Shown here: piece after piece, positions 1-9,711 of the stretch | How the letters are laid out: every line of letters begins with the position of its first letter | Numbering within the stretch: the stretch's first letter is position 1 | Assembly (NCBI GenBank): GCA_041301395.1 | Contig: JBFYSP010000031.1 | Coordinates: forward strand, 19,315-83,314 | Origin: Anaerolineae bacterium | GTDB lineage: Bacteria; Chloroflexota; Anaerolineae; Anaerolineales; UBA4823 | DNA: 64,000 nucleotides | Direction: 5' to 3' | Notes under the pieces: generated by a model | What the model was told of the DNA's origin: nothing | Database searches by the model: none | The model's input: only the letters and a program-made list of their open reading frames with translations | Position numbers and translations under genes: made by a program

Positions 1-732
1 CGTCATGGTGCGTGCCGGTTCGAAAAGGGATGACAGACGAGTTGGCATCACCGGAGCATTACCGGTCACCATCATCACCGTCATCGTCTCGCCAATTGCC
101 CGGCCCAGACCAAGCATGATGGCGGTGATCACGCCGGAGCGGGCGGCCGGCAAGGTCACTTTCCAGATCGTCTGCCAGCGGGTGGCTCCCAGCGCCAGGG
201 CGGCATCTCGGTAGGAGCGCGGCACCGCATCCAAGGCATCCTCTGACACTGATACAATTGTTGGTATGGAAATCGCGCCCAACAGCAGCGACCCGGCAAA
301 GGCGGTCAGCCCGGTCGGCAGGTCGAGCACGGTGCGCAGCGCAGCGGCCAAAACAATGATGCCGATAAAACCCAGCACAACCGAAGGCACACCCGCCATT
401 ACTTCCACCAACGGCTTGAGCATCTCCCGCGCCCAGCGGGGCGCGACTTCGGCGATATAGATGGCAGTGCCTACCCCTACGGGAACTGCAATCAGGGCTG
501 CCCCAACGGTCACCAGCAGCGTGCCGGCAATCAAAGGTAAGATCCCGTAGTACTCCTCGATCGGATACCAGCGCGTGCTGAAAAGCCCTCCCAGAGATAC
601 TTCGGTCAGAGCTGGCAGACCTTCGGTGAGCAGAAAGAAGAAAATTAGCACCACGAATACAATTGCAGAGTACCCTGCCGTTTTGATCAGCGTGGTAATG
701 ACAATCTCTTTTACATTCGTGGGCGTTTTCAT
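1..732 (-). CDS. pstC: Phosphate ABC transporter permease PstC (C-terminal part lies beyond the window start)
   Basis: Absent from the ORF track because it has no stop inside the window. The reverse strand from ATG at 732 reads MKTPTNVKEIVITTLIKTAGYSAIVFVVLIFFFLLTEG...PVGVGTAIYIAEVAP...DALDAVPRSYRDAALALGATRWQTIWKVTLPAARSG... and stays open to base 1 (244 codons). Multi-TM ABC permease pattern, directly downstream of pstS. Confidence 0.8.
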   Translation of the reverse strand, partial: MKTPTNVKEIVITTLIKTAGYSAIVFVVLIFFFLLTEGLPALTEVSLGGLFSTRWYPIEEYYGILPLIAGTLLVTVGAALIAVPVGVGTAIYIAEVAPRWAREMLKPLVEVMAGVPSVVLGFIGIIVLAAALRTVLDLPTGLTAFAGSLLLGAISIPTIVSVSEDALDAVPRSYRDAALALGATRWQTIWKVTLPAARSGVITAIMLGLGRAIGETMTVMMVTGNAPVMPTRLSSLFEPARTMT

Positions 733-764
733 AACTCGCTGTCTCTATGTGCCTGAAAAGGGAT

Positions 765-1655
765 TTATGGCGCAGTTGCCTGCACGGGCACGAAACCCAG
801 TTCTTTGACCAGGGCTTGAGCGTCTTCTGAGAAAATCCACTCGATGTAGGTCTGGATTGCTCCCTTGGGAACCCCGGCAGTATACATATACAGATCACGG
901 GCAACCGGGTAGCTTTTGTCGTTGACTGTTTCCGCCGAGGGCAACACATACGGATCACCCGGTTGCTCTGCAATGGCAATCACTTTGACTTCCGGGGTCA
1001 CATAGCCCAGCCCGTCATACCCGATGGCATGCGGATTGTCGCGCACCTCTGTCATGATTCCTTCAGAAGAAGGCAGTAGCAGAGTATCGGTTGAGAATAA
1101 AGTCGTGTCTTCGGAATTGCCCTGGCGCAGCACGTTCTCCAGGAAATACACATGCGTCCCCGAGTTTGTCTCCCGGGACAGCCGTACGATCTGTAGATCG
1201 TCCCCACCAACTTCCTTCCAGTTGTTGATTTTGCCGCTGTAGATATCTGAAACCTGCTGCAGGGTCAGCTCGCTCACCGGGTTGTCCAGATTTACGATCA
1301 CCGCAATGGCATCCCGTGCCACGATGTATTCCACTGCTGGTGTTTCGGGCGGCATAGCCTCTTTCTCTTCGTCTTTCATGGCGCGCGAAGCGTTGGCAAT
1401 ATCAACGGTGCCGTTCGTCAGGGAAGCAATACCCGTTCCGGAGCCGCCACCGGTTACTGAGATGCTGACCTCCGGCTCAATGCTCTGGTATTGCTCAGCC
1501 CAGGCCAGTGCCAGGTTGACCATGGTGTCCGAGCCCTTATTTTGTATCGTTGTAACAGCCTGTGGAGTACCCCCACCTGGTGTGTCGCTTTGAGAGTTGC
1601 AAGCTGCGCACAACCACAACAGGGCAAAGATCAGGGTCCATCGAAGTTGTCGCAT
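765..1655 (-). CDS. pstS: Phosphate-binding lipoprotein PstS
   Basis: Signal/lipobox LLWLCAAC. Periplasmic binding protein body with SVTGGGSGTGIASL and RETNSGTHVYF motifs typical of PstS. Followed by pstC. Confidence 0.85.
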   Translation of the reverse strand: MRQLRWTLIFALLWLCAACNSQSDTPGGGTPQAVTTIQNKGSDTMVNLALAWAEQYQSIEPEVSISVTGGGSGTGIASLTNGTVDIANASRAMKDEEKEAMPPETPAVEYIVARDAIAVIVNLDNPVSELTLQQVSDIYSGKINNWKEVGGDDLQIVRLSRETNSGTHVYFLENVLRQGNSEDTTLFSTDTLLLPSSEGIMTEVRDNPHAIGYDGLGYVTPEVKVIAIAEQPGDPYVLPSAETVNDKSYPVARDLYMYTAGVPKGAIQTYIEWIFSEDAQALVKELGFVPVQATAP

Positions 1656-1683
1656 ACCCCGATTATATTAGGGTTGACCGGGA

Positions 1684-1711
1684 ATAACAAGATGTTAACA
1701 TTACATTAAAT
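1684..1711. promoter_or_regulatory. Pho-box-like phased hexamers in the pstS/pstB divergent region
   Basis: ATAACA (1684-1689) N5 TTAACA (1695-1700) N5 TTAAAT (1706-1711): three TTAACA-like hexamers at 11-bp spacing between divergent pstS and pstB. This resembles the phased repeats bound by PhoB/PhoP-type regulators. Confidence 0.35.
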
Positions 1712-1751
1712 TGGCTTGCTCCGTAGCATTGGAATGGAGTAAAATCACGGC

Positions 1752-2519
1752 ATGGACTCACCACCTCCTATCTTTGTGGCTCAGAACGTGGACTTCTACT
1801 ACGGGCCATCCAAAGCGCTCTCCCAAATCCAGATCGAAATCCTGCCGCAGAAAGTAACTGCGATGATCGGCCCTTCCGGTTGCGGAAAATCTACCTTCTT
1901 GCGCTGCCTTAACCGCATGAACGATACCATCCCCGGCACGCGCCTTACAGGAAAAATCCTGCTGGATAACGAAGATATCTACGCTCCAGATATGGACCTG
2001 GCCGGGCTGCGCCAGAGAGTGGGCATGGTGTTTCAGAAACCCAACCCATTCCCGCAGTCGATCTACGACAACGTCGCTTTTGGTCCGCGCGTCTTGAACC
2101 TGACCCGTTCGAATATAGAATTGCGGGAGATCGTCGAACACAGTCTGCGCCAGGCTGCTTTATGGGACGAGGTCAAAGATAAGCTGCAAGACCATGCCAT
2201 GGATCTCTCGCTTGGCCAACAGCAGCGGCTGTGCATTGCGCGCGTCCTTGCGGTTCAGCCCGAAGTAATCCTGATGGATGAGCCCTGCTCAGCCCTGGAT
2301 CCGATTGCCACCGAGCGGATTGAAGCCCTGATCCACGAGCTGAAATCCGAGTACACTATCGTGATTGTGACCCATAACATGCAGCAGGCCGCCCGGGTTT
2401 CGGATTTTACCGGCTTTTTCTGGCTGGGCGAGCTGATTGAATTTTCCCCCACCGTCCGCATGTTTACCCAGCCGGAAAAAGAGCTAACTGAGACCTATAT
2501 CACTGGCCGGATGGGATAA
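1752..2519 (+). CDS. pstB: Phosphate ABC transporter ATP-binding protein PstB
   Basis: Walker [10 protein letters not shown], PstB-typical RCLNRMND, signature [13 protein letters not shown], Walker [12 protein letters not shown]. Confidence 0.9.
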   Translation: MDSPPPIFVAQNVDFYYGPSKALSQIQIEILPQKVTAMIGPSGCGKSTFLRCLNRMNDTIPGTRLTGKILLDNEDIYAPDMDLAGLRQRVGMVFQKPNPFPQSIYDNVAFGPRVLNLTRSNIELREIVEHSLRQAALWDEVKDKLQDHAMDLSLGQQQRLCIARVLAVQPEVILMDEPCSALDPIATERIEALIHELKSEYTIVIVTHNMQQAARVSDFTGFFWLGELIEFSPTVRMFTQPEKELTETYITGRMG

Positions 2520-2638
2520 CTCGGAAAATTGATGTAGGGGTCCGTTAACATCTTGTGCATTTACTCTGCAATAACTTGACAATACCTGGGAATTATAATA
2601 ACATCCTGCCCGATATTTGATCAATACAAGGATTTTAC

Positions 2639-5368
2639 ATGCAGTCGCTGCTCGGAAAACATTGGCATCATCTTTCACCGGAAGAGGTAGTAGACCTGTT
2701 AGATACCGATTCCCAGGCGGGCCTGGATCTGTTTGAGATCAAGCACCGCCACGAACGTTTCGGTCCCAACCAGATAACACCGCACAAGGGTAAAAGCCCG
2801 TTCCTTCGTTTCCTGGCGCAGTTCAATCACCCGCTTATTTACATCTTGCTGCTCTCTGCGCTGGTCACTGCCCTGGTGAAGCAGGAGCTTTTTGATGCGT
2901 TGATTATCCTGGGCGTGGTCCTGATCAATGCCCTGATTGGCTACCTGCAGGAGGCCAAAGCTGAAAAAGCCATCGAGGCTCTGGCGCGTTCTCTGGACAG
3001 CGAAGCTACGGTGATCCGGGCTTCTCAAACTCTGCGTGTTTCCTCCACCAGCCTGGTACCGGGAGATGTCGTCATGCTTAAGGCAGGTGATAAAGTTCCA
3101 GCCGATATGCGCCTGTTACGCACCCGCGACCTGCAGCTATCCGAGGCCGCTCTTACCGGTGAGTCGCTTCCGGTCGCGAAGGATGCCATGGCTGCTTTGC
3201 CTCACGACACCGTGCTGGCAGAACGGCGTAATATGGCCTATACCTCTACGCTGGTCACCTATGGCTCCGGTGTAGGGCTTGTGGTGGCCACCGGCGATAG
3301 CACCGAAATTGGGCGCATTTCCCAGCTCATCTCCAGCGCCGAGAACCTGGAAACACCCCTCACGCAGAAAATGGCCGCCTTTGGGCGCATCTTAATGGTT
3401 GCCATCCTGGCGCTGGCTGCCCTGGCGATTGCGGTTGGTATCCTGCGCGGCCAGTCGGTGGCAGATACCGTCACGGCCGGAATTGCCCTGGCGGTGGCTG
3501 CAATCCCCGAAGGCTTGCCGGCCGCTTTGACCATCACCCTGGCAATCGGCGTCTCGCGCATGGCACGGCGCAAGGCGATCGTCCGCAAGCTGCCTGCAGT
3601 AGAAACTCTGGGCAGCGTTACCGTAATTTGCTCGGACAAAACTGGGACGTTGACTCAAAACGAGATGACTGTCCAGGGAATTGCCATAAATGGCGATCGC
3701 TTCCAGGTGACCGGCATTGGCTATGCCCCTAACGGGCAGATTTTATTCCAACACAAGCCGGTACAGGTTGCGCCGGGCAGCGCTCTTGCGGAGACACTGC
3801 TTGCCGGTTTGCTTTGCAACGACAGTGCCGTGATAGAAAAGGATGGTCGCTGGGAGTCGCAAGGTGACCCGACGGAAACTGCCTTGCTCGTCTCTGCTCG
3901 TAAAGCCGGCATTGATGCGGAAGCCATGCGTCGTGATATGCCCCGACTGGATGAAATCCCGTTCGATTCGCAGCATCAGTTTATGGCCACCCTGTACGAT
4001 GTCGGTCCCGATCGGCCCCGACGAGTTTACTTGAAAGGTGCGGTGGAAACGCTAATTGACCGCTGCTCGCAGGCGCTTGACAATAACGGCATGCAAACCC
4101 CCTTGGACGCGGATTTAATTCACCGCGCGGTGACGGATCTGGCCCAGCACGGCCTGCGGGTGCTGGCTTTTGCCCGTATTGACCTCCCCGCTGGAGCGCA
4201 GCGCCTGGAAGAATCTCAGATTGCTAACGGTCTAGACTTTCTTGGGCTGCAAGCCATGATTGACCCGCCGCGGCCGGAAGCGATTGCGGCTGTCAACGCC
4301 AGCCAGCAGGCGGGCATCCGGGTCAAGATGATCACCGGGGACCATGCTGTGACCGCCACGGCGATTGCTGCCCAGTTTAATATGGGCATTAACCGGGAGA
4401 ACGGCGGGCTGCCTACGGTAGTCACCGGTAGTGAATTGGAAATAATGTCCGACAGCGAACTGATTGACCTGGTGCAGCGTGTAGATGTCTTTGCCCGGGT
4501 CTCACCTGAGCAGAAATTGCGCCTGGTTGAAGCGCTCCAAGCCCGTGGCGAAGTTGTCTCCATGACCGGCGACGGCGTCAATGATGGACCGGCGCTAAAG
4601 CAGGCTAATATTGGGGTGGCAATGGGAATCACCGGTACGGAGGTAGCCAAAGAAGCCGCCGACATGGTGCTGACCGATGATAATTTCGCTACCATCGAAG
4701 CGGCAATCGAAGAAGGCCGTGGCGTCTACGATAACCTGATCAAGATCATCTCCTGGACGCTGCCTACCAATCTGGGCGAAGGCCTGATCATCTTATTGGC
4801 CATCTTGCTGGGGATTGCCTTACCGATCCTGCCGGTGCAGATCCTGTGGATCAACATGGTTACCGTGGCGGTGCTTGGGCTGGTACTGGCCCTGGAGCCT
4901 AAAGAGCCGGGCATCATGCAGCGCATGCCACGCAATGTGGTCGCCCCGATTCTCTCTCCGTACCTGATCTGGCGCACGATATTAGTAGGCGGCTTAATCC
5001 TGGCGGCCGCTTTTGGCATATTTGAATGGGAGCTAATCAGCGGTGCCAGCGTGGAGGCTGCCCGCACGGCCTCGGTCAACATGGTGATCGTGATCTCGAT
5101 GTTTTATCTGTTCAATTCCCGTTCATTAACTCAACCGGTTGCCCGTATTGGATTCTTTTCCAACCCTTGGGCGATTGCCGGATTTGCGGCGATGTTCATC
5201 ATCCAGCTGGGCTATACCTACCTGCCCTTTATGAATACCCTGTTCGAGAGCGCCCCCTTGGGCATGGAAGCCTGGACGAAAATATTCGTGGTTGGACTTG
5301 CCGGCTTCTTCCTGGTCGAGCTGGAAAAAGTCATTCGTTCTCGTCGCGGTCCAGGACGACAAAAGTAA
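2639..5368 (+). CDS. P-type cation-transporting ATPase (P2-type, Ca2+/cation pump-like)
   Basis: 909 aa with LTGESLPV (actuator), PEGLPA, phosphorylation site CSDKTGTLTQNEMTV, hinge MTGDGVNDGPALKQANIGVAMG and about 10 TM segments. Confidence 0.85.
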   Translation: MQSLLGKHWHHLSPEEVVDLLDTDSQAGLDLFEIKHRHERFGPNQITPHKGKSPFLRFLAQFNHPLIYILLLSALVTALVKQELFDALIILGVVLINALIGYLQEAKAEKAIEALARSLDSEATVIRASQTLRVSSTSLVPGDVVMLKAGDKVPADMRLLRTRDLQLSEAALTGESLPVAKDAMAALPHDTVLAERRNMAYTSTLVTYGSGVGLVVATGDSTEIGRISQLISSAENLETPLTQKMAAFGRILMVAILALAALAIAVGILRGQSVADTVTAGIALAVAAIPEGLPAALTITLAIGVSRMARRKAIVRKLPAVETLGSVTVICSDKTGTLTQNEMTVQGIAINGDRFQVTGIGYAPNGQILFQHKPVQVAPGSALAETLLAGLLCNDSAVIEKDGRWESQGDPTETALLVSARKAGIDAEAMRRDMPRLDEIPFDSQHQFMATLYDVGPDRPRRVYLKGAVETLIDRCSQALDNNGMQTPLDADLIHRAVTDLAQHGLRVLAFARIDLPAGAQRLEESQIANGLDFLGLQAMIDPPRPEAIAAVNASQQAGIRVKMITGDHAVTATAIAAQFNMGINRENGGLPTVVTGSELEIMSDSELIDLVQRVDVFARVSPEQKLRLVEALQARGEVVSMTGDGVNDGPALKQANIGVAMGITGTEVAKEAADMVLTDDNFATIEAAIEEGRGVYDNLIKIISWTLPTNLGEGLIILLAILLGIALPILPVQILWINMVTVAVLGLVLALEPKEPGIMQRMPRNVVAPILSPYLIWRTILVGGLILAAAFGIFEWELISGASVEAARTASVNMVIVISMFYLFNSRSLTQPVARIGFFSNPWAIAGFAAMFIIQLGYTYLPFMNTLFESAPLGMEAWTKIFVVGLAGFFLVELEKVIRSRRGPGRQK

Positions 5369-6872
5369 CATCGTCTTCTTGCTCCCATCCAGTGCCGGTA
5401 AAGTCTGTCAACTGCTGCAGCAGGTAGCCGATCAGCCGCTCGCCTTTCAGAGAAAGCCGGCTTTGCTCCAGTACGCGTTGCAGGCGGGTGTATCCAAATA
5501 ACTCGTCCTGGGCATTGTGGGCTTCGGTCAGGCCGTCACTGTACATCAGCAGGCTTTCGCCGGGTTGGATAGCAGCCTTCTGGACTTCGTAGGTCGTTCC
5601 AGGGAATAAGCCCAGCGGGACGCCGGTGGCGCGCAGTTCCGTGACCCCTTCTTTGGCGCAAAGGTATGGCAGGTTGTGGCCGGCATTAGCGAACGAAAAC
5701 TCCCCGCTCTGGGTGTTCAGATATACCAGCAGGCAGGTGACGAACATATAGCGCGGCATGTCCTCGCACAGGATATTATTCACCTGCGCCAGTAATGCCC
5801 CCGGCGAGGCCAGGCTTTTGCTGCGCGAGGCTGCCATCGCCCGCAGCACGCTGCGCGTATTGGCCATGACCAGTGCCGCCGGCATGCCTTTTCCGGTTAC
5901 GTCGGCAATTGCCAGGCCCAGGGTGTTGTTCGGCAGGTGTAGGAATTCGTAGAAATCCCCGCTCACCTCCCTGGCGGGTTGCCAGTGGGCTGCAAACCTC
6001 CAGCCCTGAATGACCGGCATGTGGTGCGGCAACAGCGCTGCTTGCACCTGGCGCGCAGTCTGCAGGTCGCGCTCCAGCCGCTCCTTTTCCAGTTCGAGCT
6101 GGTGCAGGTGTGCGATCTCGATGGCGGGCGCCGCCTGCATGGCGATGGCATTGACCAGCTTCAGGTCGCCGGCTGTGAACTCCCTCATTCCCGGGCCAAC
6201 CAATAGCAAGACGCCCAGAACGCCTTTTTCGGTTTTCAAAGGTGCGCAGATCAGGGAGACTGTGGCCTCTTCGAATCCCAAGAAATAATCCCTGCTTGGC
6301 AGGTTATTGGCCAGCTCGGCGGCACCGTTGTTGAAAACGCGGCACACCAGGTTTGACCCACCCTGGATATCGGGTCGCAGTTCAATGCTTTCCCCGCAAG
6401 TTGCGGCGGTATGCAGCGTATTGGCTCCATCTTGATGCAGCACGACCAGGCCGCCGGTCGCCTGGATCAGCGGGCAAACTTCACTCAGGGTCATCCGGGC
6501 GATCGCTTCGGGCTGCAACGAAGCAGAGAGTTTCTCTGCGAGACGGTAGAGCAGATGCAGCTCGCGGTACTTATCCAGCACTTCAGCTGCCAGGTCTCGC
6601 TTTTCTGATTCCCCGGACAGTATAAACTCAACCATCGCGGCTGCGCTGCTCACCCAGGTTGAACCTTCTCTGCCGGATACCCAACCGGCCGGCTGGCCGT
6701 TAAGGTTCACTGGGATGCGGTAGGTCGGCCTTATTCCCAGCATTGGTTTGCCCCACACCAGGTTGCCATCCAAATCCAGCAAGGAAAGCGGTTCGTTCGC
6801 CGGCGCCAGCATTGTATTTAATCGCCGCGGCCCGTCTTTTCCAAGTAATTTCTTGAGATTTACAGGCGCCAT
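5331..6872 (-). CDS. GAF domain-containing PP2C (SpoIIE/RsbU-type) serine phosphatase
   Basis: Central GAF-like region followed by a PPM/SpoIIE domain (VSGDFYEF, ADVTGKGMPAAL, MYSDGLTEA, DDVTFVVL). Starts 4 nt after the stop of the response regulator gene. Confidence 0.8.
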   Translation of the reverse strand: MAPVNLKKLLGKDGPRRLNTMLAPANEPLSLLDLDGNLVWGKPMLGIRPTYRIPVNLNGQPAGWVSGREGSTWVSSAAAMVEFILSGESEKRDLAAEVLDKYRELHLLYRLAEKLSASLQPEAIARMTLSEVCPLIQATGGLVVLHQDGANTLHTAATCGESIELRPDIQGGSNLVCRVFNNGAAELANNLPSRDYFLGFEEATVSLICAPLKTEKGVLGVLLLVGPGMREFTAGDLKLVNAIAMQAAPAIEIAHLHQLELEKERLERDLQTARQVQAALLPHHMPVIQGWRFAAHWQPAREVSGDFYEFLHLPNNTLGLAIADVTGKGMPAALVMANTRSVLRAMAASRSKSLASPGALLAQVNNILCEDMPRYMFVTCLLVYLNTQSGEFSFANAGHNLPYLCAKEGVTELRATGVPLGLFPGTTYEVQKAAIQPGESLLMYSDGLTEAHNAQDELFGYTRLQRVLEQSRLSLKGERLIGYLLQQLTDFTGTGWEQEDDVTFVVLDRDENE

Positions 6873-6876
6873 AGAA

Positions 6877-7266
6877 TTACACCATTAAAATCCGTGTAGC
6901 CAGTTCCAGCAACTCATCTGGATCGAATGGCTTGGTGACATATAGGTCTGCTCCAACCTCACGGCCGATTTCTTTATCATATTCCTGCCCTTTGGCGGTT
7001 AAGATCACCACGTACACATCCTCAAGCTTCAAATCGCGCTTGATCACCCGGCAGACATCAAACCCGCTCAAGCGTGGAATCATTACATCCAGGAACACCA
7101 GTCCGGGGCGTTCGGATTTAACCAGTGCCAGCGCTTCCTCGCCATTTTCTGCACTGATCAGCTCCACGCCCTTTTCTTCCAGGTCCTCCAGGGTCTGCTC
7201 CAGCAGGAGGCGAATGAAGGCTTCATCGTCTACGATCAATATTTTCTTGTGTTGTTCTGTAGTCAT
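6877..7266 (-). CDS. Single-domain response regulator (CheY-like receiver only)
   Basis: 129 aa: ILIVDDE, phospho-acceptor context VFLDVMIP, ILTAKG, YVTKPF. No output domain. Confidence 0.85.
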   Translation of the reverse strand: MTTEQHKKILIVDDEAFIRLLLEQTLEDLEEKGVELISAENGEEALALVKSERPGLVFLDVMIPRLSGFDVCRVIKRDLKLEDVYVVILTAKGQEYDKEIGREVGADLYVTKPFDPDELLELATRILMV

Positions 7267-7300
7267 ACGACCGCCTTTCCCGGATACCTCATCCTAAGGG

Positions 7301-9700
7301 TCATTTCCCGGCATCTACCGGATAGATCGGAATAGAAAAGAAAAAATTGCTTCCCTTCGCCGGCTCGCTCACCAACCAGATTTTCCCCTGGTGGTGCTCA
7401 ACAATTTCTTTGCTGATCGCCAACCCTAACCCGGTGCCTTGCGGTTTCCCGGTCAGGCTGTCGCCCACCTGCCTGAATTTTTCAAAAACCAGCGCCTGGT
7501 CTTCCACAGTAATACCGATGCCCTGATCGATGACGCTGAACACGACTTGCTGTTCGTCCTGCCGTGCTCGGATCGTTACCGTGCCCTGGGACGTAAATTT
7601 TACTGCATTTGCGATCAGGTTAATCATTACCTGGATAAGTTTATCGCGATCGCCAAGCACGAGAGGTAGCCCGTCCGCCAGGTCGATTTCAAGCCTTAAA
7701 GGCTTCCCATCGAATAAAGAAGCCGTACTCGCCACAGCTTGCTGGACAATGCCGGGACTGTCGACTGCCTGGAAGTGCCATTCCATTTTGCCAGACTCGA
7801 TTTTTTCCAGGTCTAGCAGGTTGTTGATCATTACGGTCAGGCGCTGCCCTTCGGTGGTAATTATTTCCAGGTTCTCTAATACCTGGTGGGCAGTCTTGTC
7901 GGATTTCTCATCATCTGGCAGGAATGGGAAGATGCGCTCTTCCAGTCGTTTCTGGACAATGCGTGTGAAACCCAAGATCGAAACCAGCGGTGTACGCAGC
8001 TCGTGGCTGACATTTGCCAGGAAGTCGCTCTTGGCGTTGTTGGCATTCTCCGCCTGGCGGCGGGCGGCTTCCATCTGACGGGCATATTCCAGGGATTGAT
8101 TGTACAGCCGGGCGTTATCCATCGCCACCCCGATTTGCTGACCAATAGCAGACGGCACTACCAGCTCTTCATCCGTCAATTCGGCGTGCGAGCGGCTCAG
8201 CACATTGATCGCACCCAGGGCTTTATCCTGGGCCAATAGTGGGATGCTGACCACGGTCTTCCAGTCGTCTTTTTCCAACAGCTGGCGCACCTGGTTGCTT
8301 GGGTAATCCGCTACCAGCCTGGAGAGTGGATGATTGATCGATATCACCTCCCGCACGATGCTCAGCTCCAGCGGCATGCGCCTGGACAGCTTGATTAACT
8401 CCTCGCTCAGGCCCTGGCCTGCCGCCAGCATCAACGTCTGAGACTCTTCATCCAGGCGAAACACGGCTCCGGCATCCATCCCCATCACCTTGATGGTTTC
8501 CTCCAGCGCGTCGGGAAGAATTTGCTCCAGGTCCAATGAGCGGCTTACGACAGCGGCGACCGAATACAGGGCTGTCAGTTCCTGGGTCCGCTGGGCGACG
8601 CGCTGCTCTAATGTTTCGTAGGATTCCTGCAGGTGGACCGCCATAATATTGAACTGGTCGGCAAGTTCTTCCAGCTCGTCATTACTGTTCACAGTGATGC
8701 GTTGGTTAAAATCTCCGTCGGCAATCCGCTGGGCAGCAGTGGAAAAATCTGCAATTGGGCCAGTGATGCGCCGCACGCCAACCATCACAAAGATCGCCGG
8801 GATGACCGCGCCTAATGCCAGCAGCAGCCACAGGAACCGTCGAGAGCCCTGGCCCTGGCGTACCAGTTCTCCCCAATCCTGCTCTACCACCAGTGTCCAT
8901 TCGGTCCTTGGCACGGGTGCGTATCCGGCCACAATGTTTTGCCCTTTTTGCGAAAGAGCTCGTAGCGCCCCGACTTCTCCGCTCAGTGCTTCCCTTGCGA
9001 CCGGGTGATTGACAAACGACTCGCCAATCTCGTTTGTGTCCGAAGCAAACAGCACCTTAGCATTTCCATCCACCAGGTACGCGCTGCCTCCCTGGCCGAT
9101 GCGCAGCTTGATCAAATTGCCGTAGAGGGCATTGATCGCCGTCGGATCCAGGCGGAACATACCCGCCACAAGGCCATTAAACTCACCGCTTTCGCCCAAA
9201 ACAGGCACGGCAATGGTGATCACATGTTCCTGGTTGGGGCCTTCGGGCTCAATATTGGAGATATACAGGGCCGGTGAGCGCACAATTTTCTGAAAAAAAG
9301 AATAGCCAGACCAGTCTGCTCCTACCAGGGATGGTTCATTGGGCTCGGCAGCAATCAGGGTACCCAGGTTGTTGATCAGGTAAACACCGCCATCGAAGAA
9401 AACCAGCTGGTTACGGGCATCACTCAAGGCCGCTTGCTGGTCAGCGGGACTGCCCAGGTAAACATCCGGGTCGCTTGCCAGGTCGTTCAGCCGGTCGATA
9501 AACTCCTCCATGCTGGTAGTGACTTCCCCGGCCGTCAGGCGCGTCAACTCCCGGTCGCGCGAGATGACCACACGCTCGGTTTCATCCTGGTAAGCGATGT
9601 AGATCATGGTGGCGACCAACAGCAAGATGATCGCCGTGGGGATGAAAGACCAGGCGATGATCTTGGTGCGCAGCTTAAACTTGGGTCGCTGTAAGGACAC
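7301..9700 (-). CDS. Sensor histidine kinase (extracytoplasmic Cache-like domain, HAMP, GAF, HisKA, HATPase)
   Basis: N-terminal TM, an extracytoplasmic domain of about 270 aa, a second TM, a HAMP-like segment (ADGDFNQRITVNSNDELEELADQFN) and a GAF-like segment. H-box SHELRTPL and G-box GTGLGLAISKEIV. Confidence 0.85.
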   Translation of the reverse strand: MSLQRPKFKLRTKIIAWSFIPTAIILLLVATMIYIAYQDETERVVISRDRELTRLTAGEVTTSMEEFIDRLNDLASDPDVYLGSPADQQAALSDARNQLVFFDGGVYLINNLGTLIAAEPNEPSLVGADWSGYSFFQKIVRSPALYISNIEPEGPNQEHVITIAVPVLGESGEFNGLVAGMFRLDPTAINALYGNLIKLRIGQGGSAYLVDGNAKVLFASDTNEIGESFVNHPVAREALSGEVGALRALSQKGQNIVAGYAPVPRTEWTLVVEQDWGELVRQGQGSRRFLWLLLALGAVIPAIFVMVGVRRITGPIADFSTAAQRIADGDFNQRITVNSNDELEELADQFNIMAVHLQESYETLEQRVAQRTQELTALYSVAAVVSRSLDLEQILPDALEETIKVMGMDAGAVFRLDEESQTLMLAAGQGLSEELIKLSRRMPLELSIVREVISINHPLSRLVADYPSNQVRQLLEKDDWKTVVSIPLLAQDKALGAINVLSRSHAELTDEELVVPSAIGQQIGVAMDNARLYNQSLEYARQMEAARRQAENANNAKSDFLANVSHELRTPLVSILGFTRIVQKRLEERIFPFLPDDEKSDKTAHQVLENLEIITTEGQRLTVMINNLLDLEKIESGKMEWHFQAVDSPGIVQQAVASTASLFDGKPLRLEIDLADGLPLVLGDRDKLIQVMINLIANAVKFTSQGTVTIRARQDEQQVVFSVIDQGIGITVEDQALVFEKFRQVGDSLTGKPQGTGLGLAISKEIVEHHQGKIWLVSEPAKGSNFFFSIPIYPVDAGK

Positions 9701-9711
9701 GCCTCTGGCTC

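Noticed and set aside
59-979. 306-aa minus-strand ORF spanning the pstC/pstS junction
   Set aside because: It is in the wrong frame relative to the clearly recognisable PstC (1-732) and PstS (765-1655) translations on the same strand. Its Arg/Cys/Ser-rich composition carries no motif.
2576-2604. TTGACA with TATAAT upstream of the P-type ATPase
   Set aside because: The TTGACA (2576-2581) to TATAAT (2594-2599) spacing is only 12 nt. A 17-nt spacing gives a weaker TAACAT. This is too ambiguous to report as a promoter.
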